Below are positions 12,920 to 25,694 of a DNA stretch of 64,000 bases, one piece after another. Location: assembly GCF_022539665.2 (NCBI RefSeq), contig NC_081333.1, forward strand, positions 1,860,001 through 1,924,000, written 5' to 3'. This DNA comes from Daphnia carinata (taxonomy: Eukaryota). Positions within the stretch are counted from its first letter, which is position 1; every line of letters starts with the position of its first letter. The notes below the pieces were generated by a model. The model was not told the origin of the DNA. It saw only the letters and a program-made list of their open reading frames with translations, and did no database searches. The translations under genes were made by a program, and so were the position numbers.

Positions 12920-15240
12920 TGCCATACCCCTGAATAAGCCCGACGAAATAAGCCCGACAAAATAAGCCCGACAAAATAAGCCCAACAAAATAAGGCCGAC
13001 TTTTTCGTAATTGTTTTTTTTTATAAGAAACCTCAATGTAGCTTTAAAAACAAAAGATCTATACACCAAATTAAACGAGGATCACGAATATTAACCTTGA
13101 ACTTGCTTTTTTTTAAGGGATGCAGTTTTAAAGGTAGACGATTAGTATTCGTTGTTGTATTGAAAAAAATGTGTAATATTGTTTTGCAGCCTTAAGTAGA
13201 AATTCAACAGTTTTTTTAATCTTGTAGACAATCCATTTTCGCTCACTTTTATTAAATTATCCGATAGAGATTCAGTCTAGATTCTAATTTGATTGATTTT
13301 TCCGGCACTAAAACCGATTTTTACGATATTTCTGCCAATAGATGGCGTTAGCGACGGAAAACAAACAAAAATCACCTAAATTGCGATTTATTTAGAAACT
13401 GCACGACGAAGGGGAAAACTATTGCTATATTTGGAATCAGCGTTTAATTCAATTAATTCTGGTGAGTTTCATCAAATTCCTTGAGATTTCATCTTTCTGC
13501 AAATTTCGACAAAAGTGAGATAGCCTTCCCATTTTTCTCGAAATCCGAAAAAAATGAAATCTCTTAGATATCGAATGAAATTCATCTGAAATAGTCAGAA
13601 TTGAAAGCTGGTTCCAAATATAGTATTAGTTTTCTGCTTAATTGTATAGTTTTTGATTAAAATGCAATCAAAGTAATTTAATTTGTTTTTCGTTGCCAGC
13701 GCCATCTGTTAGCAAAAATATTACTCAAATATAAAAAATTCGATGCAACTCGCCTACAATAAGTAAAATTGAACTTTGAATACGCATATAATATTATTTT
13801 AGTCCTAAGTCATGTCTAGATCCTAGTATAATTGATATTTCCAGTATCGAACCGACTTTAACTATATTCTTGCTAACAGATGGCGCTGGCGACGAAAAAC
13901 AAACAAAAATCACTTAAATTGCGATTTATTTAGAAACTGCAAAACGTAGGGAAAAACTAATACTATATTCCAAATCAGCGTTTAATTTTGATCATTTCTG
14001 GTAAGTTTCATCAAATTCCTTGAGATTTCATTTTTTTGGAATTTCGACAAAAGTGAAATCGCTTAGAATCGAATGAAACTCACCTGAAATAGTCAGAATT
14101 GAAAGCTGGTATATATATAGTATTAGTTTTCTGCTTAATTGTGTAATTTTTAATAAAATGCAATCAAAGTAATTTTAGTTTGTTTTTCGTTGCCAGCGCC
14201 ATCTGTTAACAGAAATATTATTCAAATATTACAAATTCAATGCAACTCGCCTAAAATTAGCATAAATTGAGCTTTGAATACGCATATTATATTATTTTAC
14301 TCCTAAGTCATGTCTAGATCCTAGTATGATTGATATTTTCCATATCGAACCGACTTTAACTATATTCTTGCTAACAGATGGCACTGGCGACGAAAAACAA
14401 ACAATAATCACTTAAGTTGCGATTTATTCAGAAACTGCACAACCTAGGGGAAAACTAATACTATATTCGGAATCAGCGTTTAATTTTGATTATTTCTGGT
14501 TACTTTCATCAAATTCCTTGAGGTTTCATTTTTTTGCAAATTTCGACAAAAATGGGAAGGCTATAGCCTTCCCACTTTTTCATGTTTGGCAAAAAATCAA
14601 ACAACAGCAGAATATACAGAAATCTTACTTGAAATTGAATGGTGACACGAAAATCGACTTCATTTTAGCACAGGACCAACGGATTTTGCTTTACTCAGGT
14701 TCAAACATTTGCGCTGAGACCGCTTTTTGCATTTTACCCAAAAATTGCTAAAATCAAAAAGTTTTTAAAAATTTTGTGGACAATCCGGTTTCGTTCACTT
14801 TTTAAAATTTCCCAATGGGATTTCTCTCTACTCCCTATTTTGATATTTCCAGCATCGAAACCTATTTTTACGATTTTCAGTTAATAGATGGCGTTCGGGA
14901 AGGAAACCGAACTAAAATCATTTTGACTGCTTTTTATGGAGAAACTGCACTATCTACGGAGAAAACTTTTGCTGTATTTAGAATCAGCATTCAATTCTGA
15001 TTATTTCTCATGAGTCTCATCCAATTCTAATATAACTTTTTTCGGATTTCGACGAACGTGGGTAGGCTACAATCAAAATGGTGGCATACAAAACAATCCC
15101 GACAAAATATGCCCGACTTTTTCGTGATTTTTCTTTTTTTTTAAACCTTGATGTAGCTCTAGAGCAAATGACTTATACCTCAAAATTAAGTGATGATAAC
15201 AATCGTTAATTTCGAACGAAATAACGATTAAATTAAACCC
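12920..15240. mobile_element. Composite non-coding repeat made of tandem foldback (palindromic) units
   Basis: Foldback units at ~13325-13722 and ~13864-14220, a left arm at ~14361-14550 and a diverged arm at ~14870-15070. Repeated ~140-bp spacer; 13210-13260 resembles 14761-14820; perfect palindrome GGGAAGGCTATAGCCTTCCC at 14554-14573. Confidence 0.75.
12933..13000. repeat. 13-bp tandem motif AAATAAGCCCGAC, about 5 copies
   Basis: Direct tandem copies; related copies at ~15090-15120 (+) and 38733-38770 (reverse). Confidence 0.9.
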
Positions 15241-15297
15241 ATTGAATTGACGGTAGTCAACGATTTATCCACTAAATTTCTCGTAAATACGATGATA

Positions 15298-15473
15298 GTA
15301 CGAGTTTTGCTCCATAGGTGGCACTGGTTGTACCGAACCGCCAGTACGCTCCGGTCACTGAGCGTACAAACCTGTTGAGAGTTCACCTGTTGGTGAACTC
15401 TGTTGGACTATGGAACAACGGTACGTACTGGCGATTTCGAAACACCGCCATCTATTGAGCAAAATCTGTGTAC
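15298..15473. mobile_element. Short foldback element (MITE-like), ~176 bp
   Basis: Imperfect ~50-bp inverted arms (GTACGAGTTTTGCTCCATAGGTGGC...CGCCAGTACG / CGTACTGGCG...GCCATCTATTGAGCAAAATCTGTGTAC) and a central perfect 10-bp hairpin AGAGTTCACC-TGTT-GGTGAACTCT (15378-15401). Confidence 0.7.
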
Positions 15474-17728
15474 CTCAGACGCTTTTGCGTGTGTTGGTAC
15501 TCCTGTGTTCTTACATTATATATTAACCATGAACTACATTTTTTTCACGTCTCACCCTTGGCATCTTTTAAACTAACTCAAATTCCCTAGAAATAAATTA
15601 ATTTAAATAAGAACGACGATGATACTTAAGGAGTATTTCATGTCCATTCCTCTGCCAAGCTTCTTCTACGTGTTCGTTTTGGGGAAACACATTTAATTTT
15701 AGACGTACAAGGGCCAATGCCAAGGCCTTCATAATGGTTACAGATACTTACCAAATCATCAACGGCATCCGTTGGATTTCGACCAATCAAATTAGGAGCC
15801 ATACCTAATCCACAGATATGGAAACAGTAGATATCCACAGATGGCTTAACAGTAGCTCAGGATGTTTGGCTGGTGTTCCTCCTTCTATATACTTCATGCT
15901 TCAGTTTTGAATTTTTAGTAGCAGTAAGCCATCTAGTGACAAAAAAACATACATAAAATTTGAATAACGGCTTGAATTTCTTTATGCTTCCCTAATTCGG
16001 AACACAAACATTTGAACAATAGCTTTGTGCAGCTTCACAGCAGTATCCATTTGCACATAACAACCTTCCACGTACCTTGTGGACATAATGTTACTATCTT
16101 CCTTAACCTCCTGGTTTCACTTGTTATGATTCGGACTTGTAGCACACTCCTTATATTTTTCAGATACAGCTGTTTCTGGCTAGGGACATCCAGAAACAAT
16201 TCACTGAGAGTGGCAAACATCCCTAAGGTGACAATATGATCCTATAATGGGTCTATAAATTCATCGGATGAGCCTTATCAAAGACAAAGGGATGGATGTA
16301 GTGATTACCTTTCAAATATGCTGTCTCCAATAAGCTGATCATCCACTAACGAAGGCTCACAATTCTGTTGTTCAAAATGTGCATAAAAATACATGATTTC
16401 TATTTGGTTAACAGATTATAAGGAAGAAGAAATACATAGCTTATAGTCTACAGCCTATCTACCAAAGAAACTAATTTACTATTTTCTTACCACTTTTGCA
16501 CACTCTTTTTCTACTTACCAAACAGTAAAATGTATAAATTTTGTTTCTCCCATCACCTACCCACAACTGCAGTAAAAAATAAATACATTCAAATCTTTAC
16601 TACAGTAAATAACTATTGACACAAAAGAAAAAAAATCGTACAAAAATTTTTTTACGAACCTCACCTTTGTTTTCATGTAAGCATCTTTGCTTTTGACAGC
16701 AAGATTGATGAACAAAGTACCCACCATCCATCGACTTTTAAATTTTGTTGTAATTTCTCTGTAAGAAAACAGACAGTTTCAGACATTTTCTACTGAATGA
16801 ACTACATTAAGCTTTCTTTCTTAGAGAATTTACCATAGTATATCTCTGTAGAATGCTCACATTACAATAAAACATTTGCTAGAGCTTGTTACCATAGAAT
16901 ATTTTTGCTTCAATGGCAGGATTGCGTAAATTCGCTAGTCATCATTCAGCCATTTTGAAATCATGTTCCTTTAATGCAACAAAGACAGATTGTTTCAATG
17001 CTTGCAGTACTGAAGCAATGAACTATATGAAATTATGTACCTTCACAGAGTCTCTTATTGCTTCGCTGTGCACATTTCCAAAGACTCAGTACGTTAATTA
17101 ACCACATTTTTAGCTTTCACTATTATCTCTTATTTTAAAAAAGTAAAAGTGTAGATAGCGCGTAAGGAAGTTGTTACAGGCAGGCCATCTAGTGACGCCA
17201 AATATCACATCATATTTGACATCGGGCTCCATGTTGTTTCGTGCTCCCTAAATACAATAAGGTGTAATTCAATTTTACACTGTGTCGTTATCAATTTAGG
17301 GTTTACAATTCATGGTTTATCAATTTGGATACAGCTACACGAACATTAAATATTTACCAGTAAGACCTCCCTAAAAGCGACCCGAATCGCCTACGTCGCC
17401 ATCTATTGTCAAAAATATCACTAGACAAAATACTACCTGGGGTGGTTTAATCAGTCATTTAGGTAGAATCCCTATCGGGAAATTATTGAATCAGGGGCTA
17501 ATTGTAACAAACCGTTAAATAAAGCAGACATACCTTTTCAGATTGCAGGCTTTCGTAGAACATAATCAAATGTGGCGAGGTTTAGTTTGCTCTTAGCTGT
17601 AGTCCAAGGTGGTACTAGGAAGACGATTCGATAAAGGTAAGGTTTTACCGATTGCAAGGAAGCGCTACAGTCAACAAATAAAAAAACAAATCTAATTTCA
17701 TCGTATGTCTGATTCCTGAATTTTCAAG

Positions 17729-20700
17729 ATGCCGCGAGCCCAGGACATCCTGCCGGGCGCGGTGCTATGGATTTCAAGTTTGATAGTGCTCGAAACAGTT
17801 GCCGAGAACTTTGGTTTGCAACAGATAGCCACTCTACATTCGGAAGTGCTGGGTGACTTCGGCGTTTTTGACCGAAACGATTTCTTTAACGACGAGTGGT
17901 CTCAAAAAGATCTCGCTGCTCTCGAACAGATTATGGATGACCACGTGAAACGATTCAAACTTGAGCTTGAAACCTACAATTTCTCTCCAAGATTTCATCG
18001 ATCCAAACGCGGTAAAAGAACGTCTTTGGTTAAGAAGAAGAATTTGTATTTTTTTCAATGATTACGTTTCATGCTTGTTCAGCTACCATACGGATTCCTA
18101 CGGTGACGACCATGAATCGCATGCCTAAAACTTCGTTGAATGCAACTGCTAGTCAACTTGAAAGCCAGGGTGCTATCAGCTGTTTCGTTTGGAATGGAGA
18201 ACGTTTCTGTATACTTGGCGGTACAATCTTTGTATTTAAAATGGGTAAGGTGGAACCTTTTTTGAGCGGCTTACCTATCGACACAAACGACCATATTAAA
18301 GTAAGATCATTTTTTCTTTTTTTTTCCCGATTAATGTTAAGTTGTCATCCCTATTTCTTAGACGTATGTTTACGATGACGTTATCTTCCTCACGATCTAC
18401 AGCAAGACATCGTTGCGGTTATATTTGCTCCAAAGCCCGGGTTGGATGACACTAGTTAGTATCCAGCACATCACTGGCGAGGTGCTCGAAGACTGTGTCT
18501 TTTTCGAACACGAAGGAACCCTGTATATGGCTTTGGCCATACAGCTTGGTGCAATGCAGTACTCCCGACATTCCGGCATGCAATGCATGTAAATACTTAA
18601 TTATTTTTACTGGTTATTTAATGGACTTATTTCACGGTCATCATTTCAGAATCTATGAGTGGTTAGGGACAACGATGGATATGAAGCACGCTTTTCCAGC
18701 TCCTGAACTCAGAAAAATAGGTGTACTTCAGTCATCCGATACTGTTCACTTGGCGCTACTACATGCAGATTCCGCCGTCCATCTGAGGCAATTCACCGAT
18801 GCGGAGGATACAGAGTTATTGGAAATAATAAACATTGACCTGGATCGAGTGTACCAGTTTGATACTTTTCTAACGGAAGCTCAATGGTGCCTCCTTCTAG
18901 CAGGGTCAAATAATTCCTATATCTATTGCCTTGAAGGTATCATTTTTTAAAACTGTCGTTAATACTGTGAAACATTTAATTTAATATATTTTTATATTAT
19001 TGAATGCTATAGAGGAAAGATTGTTACAGTGGCAAACTCTGCCACACAATCAGACTTCTAGTGCTGTTTCCTGGATGCGCATTCAGCAGGAGGGAATCAG
19101 TGGCGGTTCCGATTCAACAATTCTTATTTTCAACGCTTTTAATTCCCAAGTAATCAGTTTACAAGAATCAGTTATCAAATTTAAATACTCATAGTTTGCT
19201 ACAAATAATTTCCAGAGCCACTTTCAGTTTTACGCATCGGATACATCCGGCCACTTTCATCCAATTTTTGCTGCATCGGAAGACAATTTTGATGGCCAAC
19301 CTCTTGCAACTCTTGCTCTCCTAGACGGATCAAGTTCTGCCCACCTTTATGTGGCCACTACTAATCAGAATAAATTTTTTTTAGAAAGTTTTGCCATTCA
19401 AATGTCGGAAGACTTCCGCGAAGAACCCGAAATCGATCCTTTGCAAAAGTGCCTCATTGATGTCGATTCGCTAATTTCAAAGCGTGACACGGGCATTATC
19501 GACCGCGTTGAAGAACTAAAAAACAACATGGTTCATTTTAAAGACAATGTTACCACCAACGGCACTGTCGTTATCGCACAAGTGAATTTCTCTCAATCAC
19601 CTGTGATTGACACAATCAAGGTAAATATGTTTTATCCGCTTTTGTCCGTGCTTTCATTGTTAGCCGTTGGCGTTAGGTGTTGTACAACTTTAGCGAAGAA
19701 TTTGTGAGGCCGAATGAAATTGAAATTGCTCTGAAGGGATTAGAAATCGCAGCAACAAATCTTTCTCAAGAAATACCAAATCTTTTGTACTCTACAAACT
19801 CCACGTTTATGGTGAATCAATATTTATTCATCTAGCCGAACAAACGAGCATAATTGGCGTTATATTTTTAGGGCCGTCTACGTCTCAATCGTGCAGTTGT
19901 AACCGCCGATGATGTTCGCCTACCTGAAGCGTCAATCAAAAGCCTTAACGGTCGTGATTGGGATGAATTTTCCCGACAAGCATGGCGCTACTCTTCACCT
20001 GAACACACCTTTCCTCACGATATCTGGGTGGGAGATCTTAAAGCTGAAAATGTTTCGGTTGGTTCAACTATAGGAGGATCACTGCCCTCGCGTTGGCTAC
20101 TGAAGTCGGGAGGGAAAATCAATGGCAGAGTTGATTTGGGTAGTTTGGATGTCCGAGATAATATCGACGTCGGCAAGAACTCTATCAACGGTGTTGCTGT
20201 GGAGGATACATTGCGAAAGAATGCATCGCAACTAGTCATTCAAGGAACGAAATCATTTTCCGCTATCGAAGTTAAGAACAATCTTACGACCAATACCGTC
20301 AATGAGGTTAGATAACATAGAATTTGAATTTTCTTTTTTTTCTTTTAACTCACTATGTGTTGCAGCGTAATTTTAGGGCGTGGTCGGAGATATTGATTCT
20401 ACAGAACAGCGAGAAAGAGCAGCATTTCACCGGAACAGTGCGGATCGTGGGTCCTGTACAAGTAGTTGAAAGCTTCCGCAGTGGCTGGATTAATGGAATA
20501 AACGTATCCATGCTCCCCGGAGTACTCGTTGACAAGAATGCACACCAGATCGTTAAAGGTAATGTCAATCATAAAATGTAATCAGTGCAGTCTGAAAACA
20601 TTTGTTATTGTAGGATTCATCAATTTCACTGGTCCTCTGCTTGTTAACGATGCTGAAGTGGATTCTCTAAACGATCTCCTTATCAAAGATTTATTGAGTA

Positions 20701-23700
20701 CCTCAGGCCAGCAAACTATCCTAGCGAGTATTGAAGTCGACGTCCTAGATGTTCAAGGAAACATTGACTGCCCAGATATTAATGGACGAAACGTGGATGA
20801 CTTCCTGTACACCGATGAAGATAACATGAAAATTGCACTAGGCCGGGTACGGTTCTCAGATGACTTGACCGTTAAGAATTTGGTCGTGGAAAACGGAAGT
20901 CTTAACGGTGTGGATGTCATCACGTTGTTGGATCCACCGTCTTTGCGGATAGACTCGAAAATTTACGCAAATGGAGATCTAGCTGCGCACGCTGCTCATG
21001 TCCAGAAGATCAATAAGATTGATCTTTCAAAACTTTCCCAAAACTATTGGACAAAATCAACAGACCAAACAATCCCTGTTAACGTGCGAATGCCCTTCGA
21101 AGTTGTAATGAAAGAAAATGTCACTACTCGTACCTTCATGGAACGCTTCCTCGATCGTGATTTCTTCTTGACGAAAACCAACCAGACGTTCAACGTCGAC
21201 GTGCAATTCACGGACGATGTTACCGTACACGGTGATATGGTGATACGCGACTTGAAGGATATCAATGGTGTAACACTCGAATCTTTGGACGAAGACGTTG
21301 TCAAGAAGGAAGGAGACTTCCATGTCTCTGGCACGAAGGTTTATTTAGTTAATTAATGTTTAAATTTCTTTGTGTTTTATCAGCTGCATTTGTTCTAGAC
21401 CTTTGAGCAGCTAACCATTCACGGAAACCTTGCTGTGGAGGATACTTTTAATAATCTGAACATTCCGCAAGATATAGCTCTCCTCAACAGATCTCAAACG
21501 CTAACAGGCATATACTAAATCGTGCATTTTGAAATGCTCAATTATTTCAACGCTGTGCTTTTACAGGTACCTTCTTCACGTCCGATGTTACTGTTGATGG
21601 CGACCTCATCAGTTCCGCGGGAGACATCACGCTAAATACGGTGGCTGGAGTTGTGCTGGATGATTTTGTTGCGGCTGCAGCTACAATAGATGAAGACGCA
21701 ACCATTAACGGACACATACATTTCAAGCGACATTTAGAAGTGGACGACTTGGTCATTGGCAACTCACTGAATGGCCGTGATGTCACCGATATTGTTTCAA
21801 AAGGTTTAAGAAGAAAACATCTGAATCTCGTACAGTGGCCTAAGGTTACGATTCACGGTCACGTAACCTTTAAGGTATTATTGCCCATTCTATTTTTTCT
21901 AATCTCTTTTTGCACGGTAATATCAATGGGCACAATACAGGAATCGTTTGAAACGGACACTATCAACAGCTACAACGTTGAGGACTATTTAAGTCAAGTG
22001 GTGAATATGACAGACCCCAAAAGAATCAATGGAACGAAGAAAACACTCCATCCCATCGTTGTCGAAAAAAACGTTATGCTTGGCTTATTTAATGGCGTTC
22101 GCCTGAATTTTTCAACAATGTTGACAGTGTCTGATAACCAGACCATTACTGGTGACTGGGTCGTTGATCATCTGAAATCCGAGAACATCGATTTGCGGGC
22201 TATTAACGGCCAGAATCTCTCTGACTTTGTCCAAATAGCTGGCACGCATGATGTCCAGTCTATCACTGGACCGATGGATATTCAACATGTAGCTGTTGAA
22301 AATTCACTCAAAATTGAAGACCATGTCCTGAATGGATGCAACCTGACTGAGTATCTCAACGTAACGGAGTTCACTCATTTCGACAGCTTGTCCATCCGAA
22401 ACGGATCGTTATTGCTTGATCAACCCTCAGAAAACAACCCTGACCTTGCCATGATATCACTCAGGTACTTGTTGAATTAATATTCGCCATGATTTCTGAT
22501 TCCTTATCTTTTTTTGTGTTTCAGAGCCTTACGAAAGGATAGAGCCCAAGTTGTTACCGGTAATGTGTCATTCTCGTCCGATGTGCTGATGGAAAAACTG
22601 AACCTTTCATCTAACCGTCTTGGATCAGTCGATCTGAATCAGCTTTTACATGGATCTATGCTAAAGTCCGCTATACAAGTAAGTTAAAAATCCAAACATA
22701 CAGCGATGAAAAGGAGCTAATTGGTTATGCGTAGAACGTTACAGGAACAGTGAGATATTTGAATGGTATTCAAGTAGAAAACGTTAACGTTGGCCATCTG
22801 AATGTTACCAAATGGAACGGCAAAGACGTGAAAGAGATGGTGGACCAAGTAGTGTTGAAAACAGGAAACCAAACAGTTAGAGCTAAAAAGACTTTCCGTG
22901 GTGATTGGGACATTCAAGGCAATCTTAACATAAGCGGTACGTGCGTCCTACTCGTCGCCAACGTAAAACTTTGCTAATATTTCGTTCATTATATAGGACA
23001 CATCGACGATGTTCCAGTAGCTTCCCTGGTGAAGGTGAATGATTCTCAGTTACCCCCACGGACTAAGTTTACTTCTTTGCTTGTCAAAGAGCAATTGAAT
23101 GTCATTAGTGGCATGATTGATGGCGTCAATCTTACTTCCGTATTACAACAAAGAGTTCCCCTCAGAGGGAACAGCACCATCAAGAGCAACATAGTCTTTA
23201 AAGATTTGGTCACTGCAGGCAAGTGTTATTATTAGTATGGGATTTAATGGTATTAACATGGCTTTGCGTCGTTATAGATAATATCAGCGCTAAAAAAATT
23301 AACAACCTAAATATGAGTGACTTAGCCTGGAAGACGATCGCACCCGGACAGATTATTACGGGAAAAAAACATCTTAATGGGACGATGGATATTCAGGTTA
23401 TTAGTTTTATTAGTTTGGAATAGCTGTTGGTGAATTCCATTAAATAATCAATTTGTACAGGGAGACATCACGGTAGATTTGCTGAATGGTCGGAATCCGG
23501 AAGAAAACGCAGCCTTCGTTGTCCTGAAGGACCAAAATGCTGATTTCCAACATCCAGTGGTATGCTAACATTAAAATATTGTTAACATTTTTTGGTCTGT
23601 TTAATTTTTGTGTTCTTATTGATGAGTAGGTGTTTGATGGTGGGCTGACCGTCTTGAAATCTGTCAACATCACAGACTACAATGAGGCAAGCTTTGATCA

Positions 23701-25445
23701 ACTGATAGCCAATGTTAGTGCAAGAATCACCATTCCAGAGATTCAGCCGAAAATACTACCCGAAAGGATATCAGCGCTTCCGCTGCTGCGATCCTTACAA
23801 CGATCGAAAGGAAAATTATCCAGTTTTGAGTTCTTCGAACGAATTCAGCAAATTCCTTTCAGCTTTCCACGCGGCTCGAGTAATCCATAAGCTAGCATAA
23901 TCAATAGTATTTTTCAGTAACTCTTTGTTGTCCCGCAGACTTTTCGATGCACATTCAACACTGTCCCATTCCTCCACGAAAGCAAAGTAGCACTAGTGAC
24001 ACGGCAGCTGGCATTCTTGTTGCTACACACTCAACAGGTTAATCGACAAATTTAGTTTAATTTCAAACGCACGAAGATTAACGTTCATCCTTGAACAGAT
24101 GGAAATAACTGCAAACTGAAAAAGATTTGTCGCTGCCATCATTCAGTCACACTCCCATCAGACACCAATGGATATTTGAACACGCTCCGGATACCAACGC
24201 GACTTAAAGATTATTTGGAAGACAATCTAGTTTACGGTGATCGAGTGCGTTTGTTTCACAGTCGGGATCAGCTCTTTGTCCTTACGATCGAAAGCCTTTC
24301 TAGGTATTTGAAACTAATGAATCCTTAGTTTTCGTTATAAATGCAAACTAATCTACTTCTTTACAGCTGCTTAGCGGAAAAGGTGTCAATGGCCGTTTTT
24401 AACCCGTTGACATTCAAATTGCTAAGAAAAACGGTCTTCGAGTTGAAAGATATCGTAGCGGATGTGGCGCTTGTACGAAGAAACGAGGATGGTGTGGTGA
24501 TCTTAGCCATCGGCCAGAAAACGGCTGGAGTATGGATATACAGTTTCGATGGCCACACATTTAAACGGCAGCAGGTAAAGGAGATCCTTTTAGAAACGTA
24601 TGAGTTAAGTGTTTCGAATTCTTTAATGCTGAACACTTTGGCACGCAGTTGGTTGAAACAGAAACAGTGGCGTCCATTCACATGAGTAGTCATAAGAATA
24701 CGACGTTTTTGGCTATTGCTTCGTACGGTCTGGAAGCCGTGTCTTCCATTTGGAACGCTAATAGTTCTGGAAAGTTTGAACTGATCAAGGATGTCCTCAC
24801 AGTTGGTACGCCTTACACTCATTTACAAAATTCACGCGTTGATTGAATTCTTATTCAAGGTGCCACGGACGTCATATTCACGAAATCCCGTGATGAGATT
24901 CACGTAACGTTTGCTCAAGTAAGACAAGAATTCAAATAGCCAAAAACACATTAACATAAAATCTTTTCTTTTCTTCTATTCTATCAAAGGATCCATCAAG
25001 CATTGATGCGTACTCGGACAGTTGGTCGCAGTTCAAAGTTCCCGCTCAAGTACTGCAATTCATCCCGTCGTTTGGAACTTTCGAAGTGGTGCAACAGCTG
25101 GACATTGATAGGATTGTCAGTTTGACCAACCTGGTCATTGATGGTATCGCAAACTGTTGTACAATGTAAAGATAACGGCTTTCAAGAATCGTCTTCTCTT
25201 CCACTGGCACTTTCACAGGGGACGCTTTCATGGCAGTGGCCACGTTCACAGGCAAAGTTAGAGTCTACAGATTAATTCAAGGACAAGGTTTCCAGGTAGA
25301 ACAGACTTTCAAATACCCTGGAGTCAGATCTATCACTGGCTATTCGACCCGGAATGAAACGTTCCTAGTGGCGGCCTCCGAATCTCGTATGGCAATTTTC
25401 ATGGCCCGTCTGCGCGGCTTCCAAAAGCCATCCATTGAATTATGA
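17729..25445 (+). CDS. Large secreted repeat protein, Closca/Polehole/Nasrat-like (egg envelope family), more than 20 exons
   Basis: Signal peptide and HRSKR site; beta-propeller-like N- and C-terminal regions (EPTP/EAR-like: GHTFKRQQ, GTFEVVQQLD, GFQVEQTFKYPG). Long central array of INGV/INGxNL and QxIxGxKxF repeats. Exons link through GT-AG and GC-AG introns. Family assignment from remembered architecture. Confidence 0.65.
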
Positions 25446-25694
25446 ACAGTTGGCAGTTTGTTGTTGTTAGACAATTGAGAACACACGTAATGCTATGTTT
25501 GTGCATCCCGAATTTGTGTTTCTATGTTTAAATGTTGTATGTATAAGAGAAAAATAAATGCGTGGAGTACGTGTTCATATTTTCGTTTGTTTATTTTCAA
25601 TTCTACTTGTTGTACAGATTGTTTTACGGGAATCTAGAGGAGCAATAAAACCTGTTAAGAACGGTATTGCATGTGAAGTTTCATCCTGGAAGAA

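Noticed and set aside
20015..25255. Minus-strand ORFs inside the Closca-like gene (likewise inside the GNAT and ABCC genes)
   Set aside because: Antisense shadows of real coding exons, with no independent motifs.
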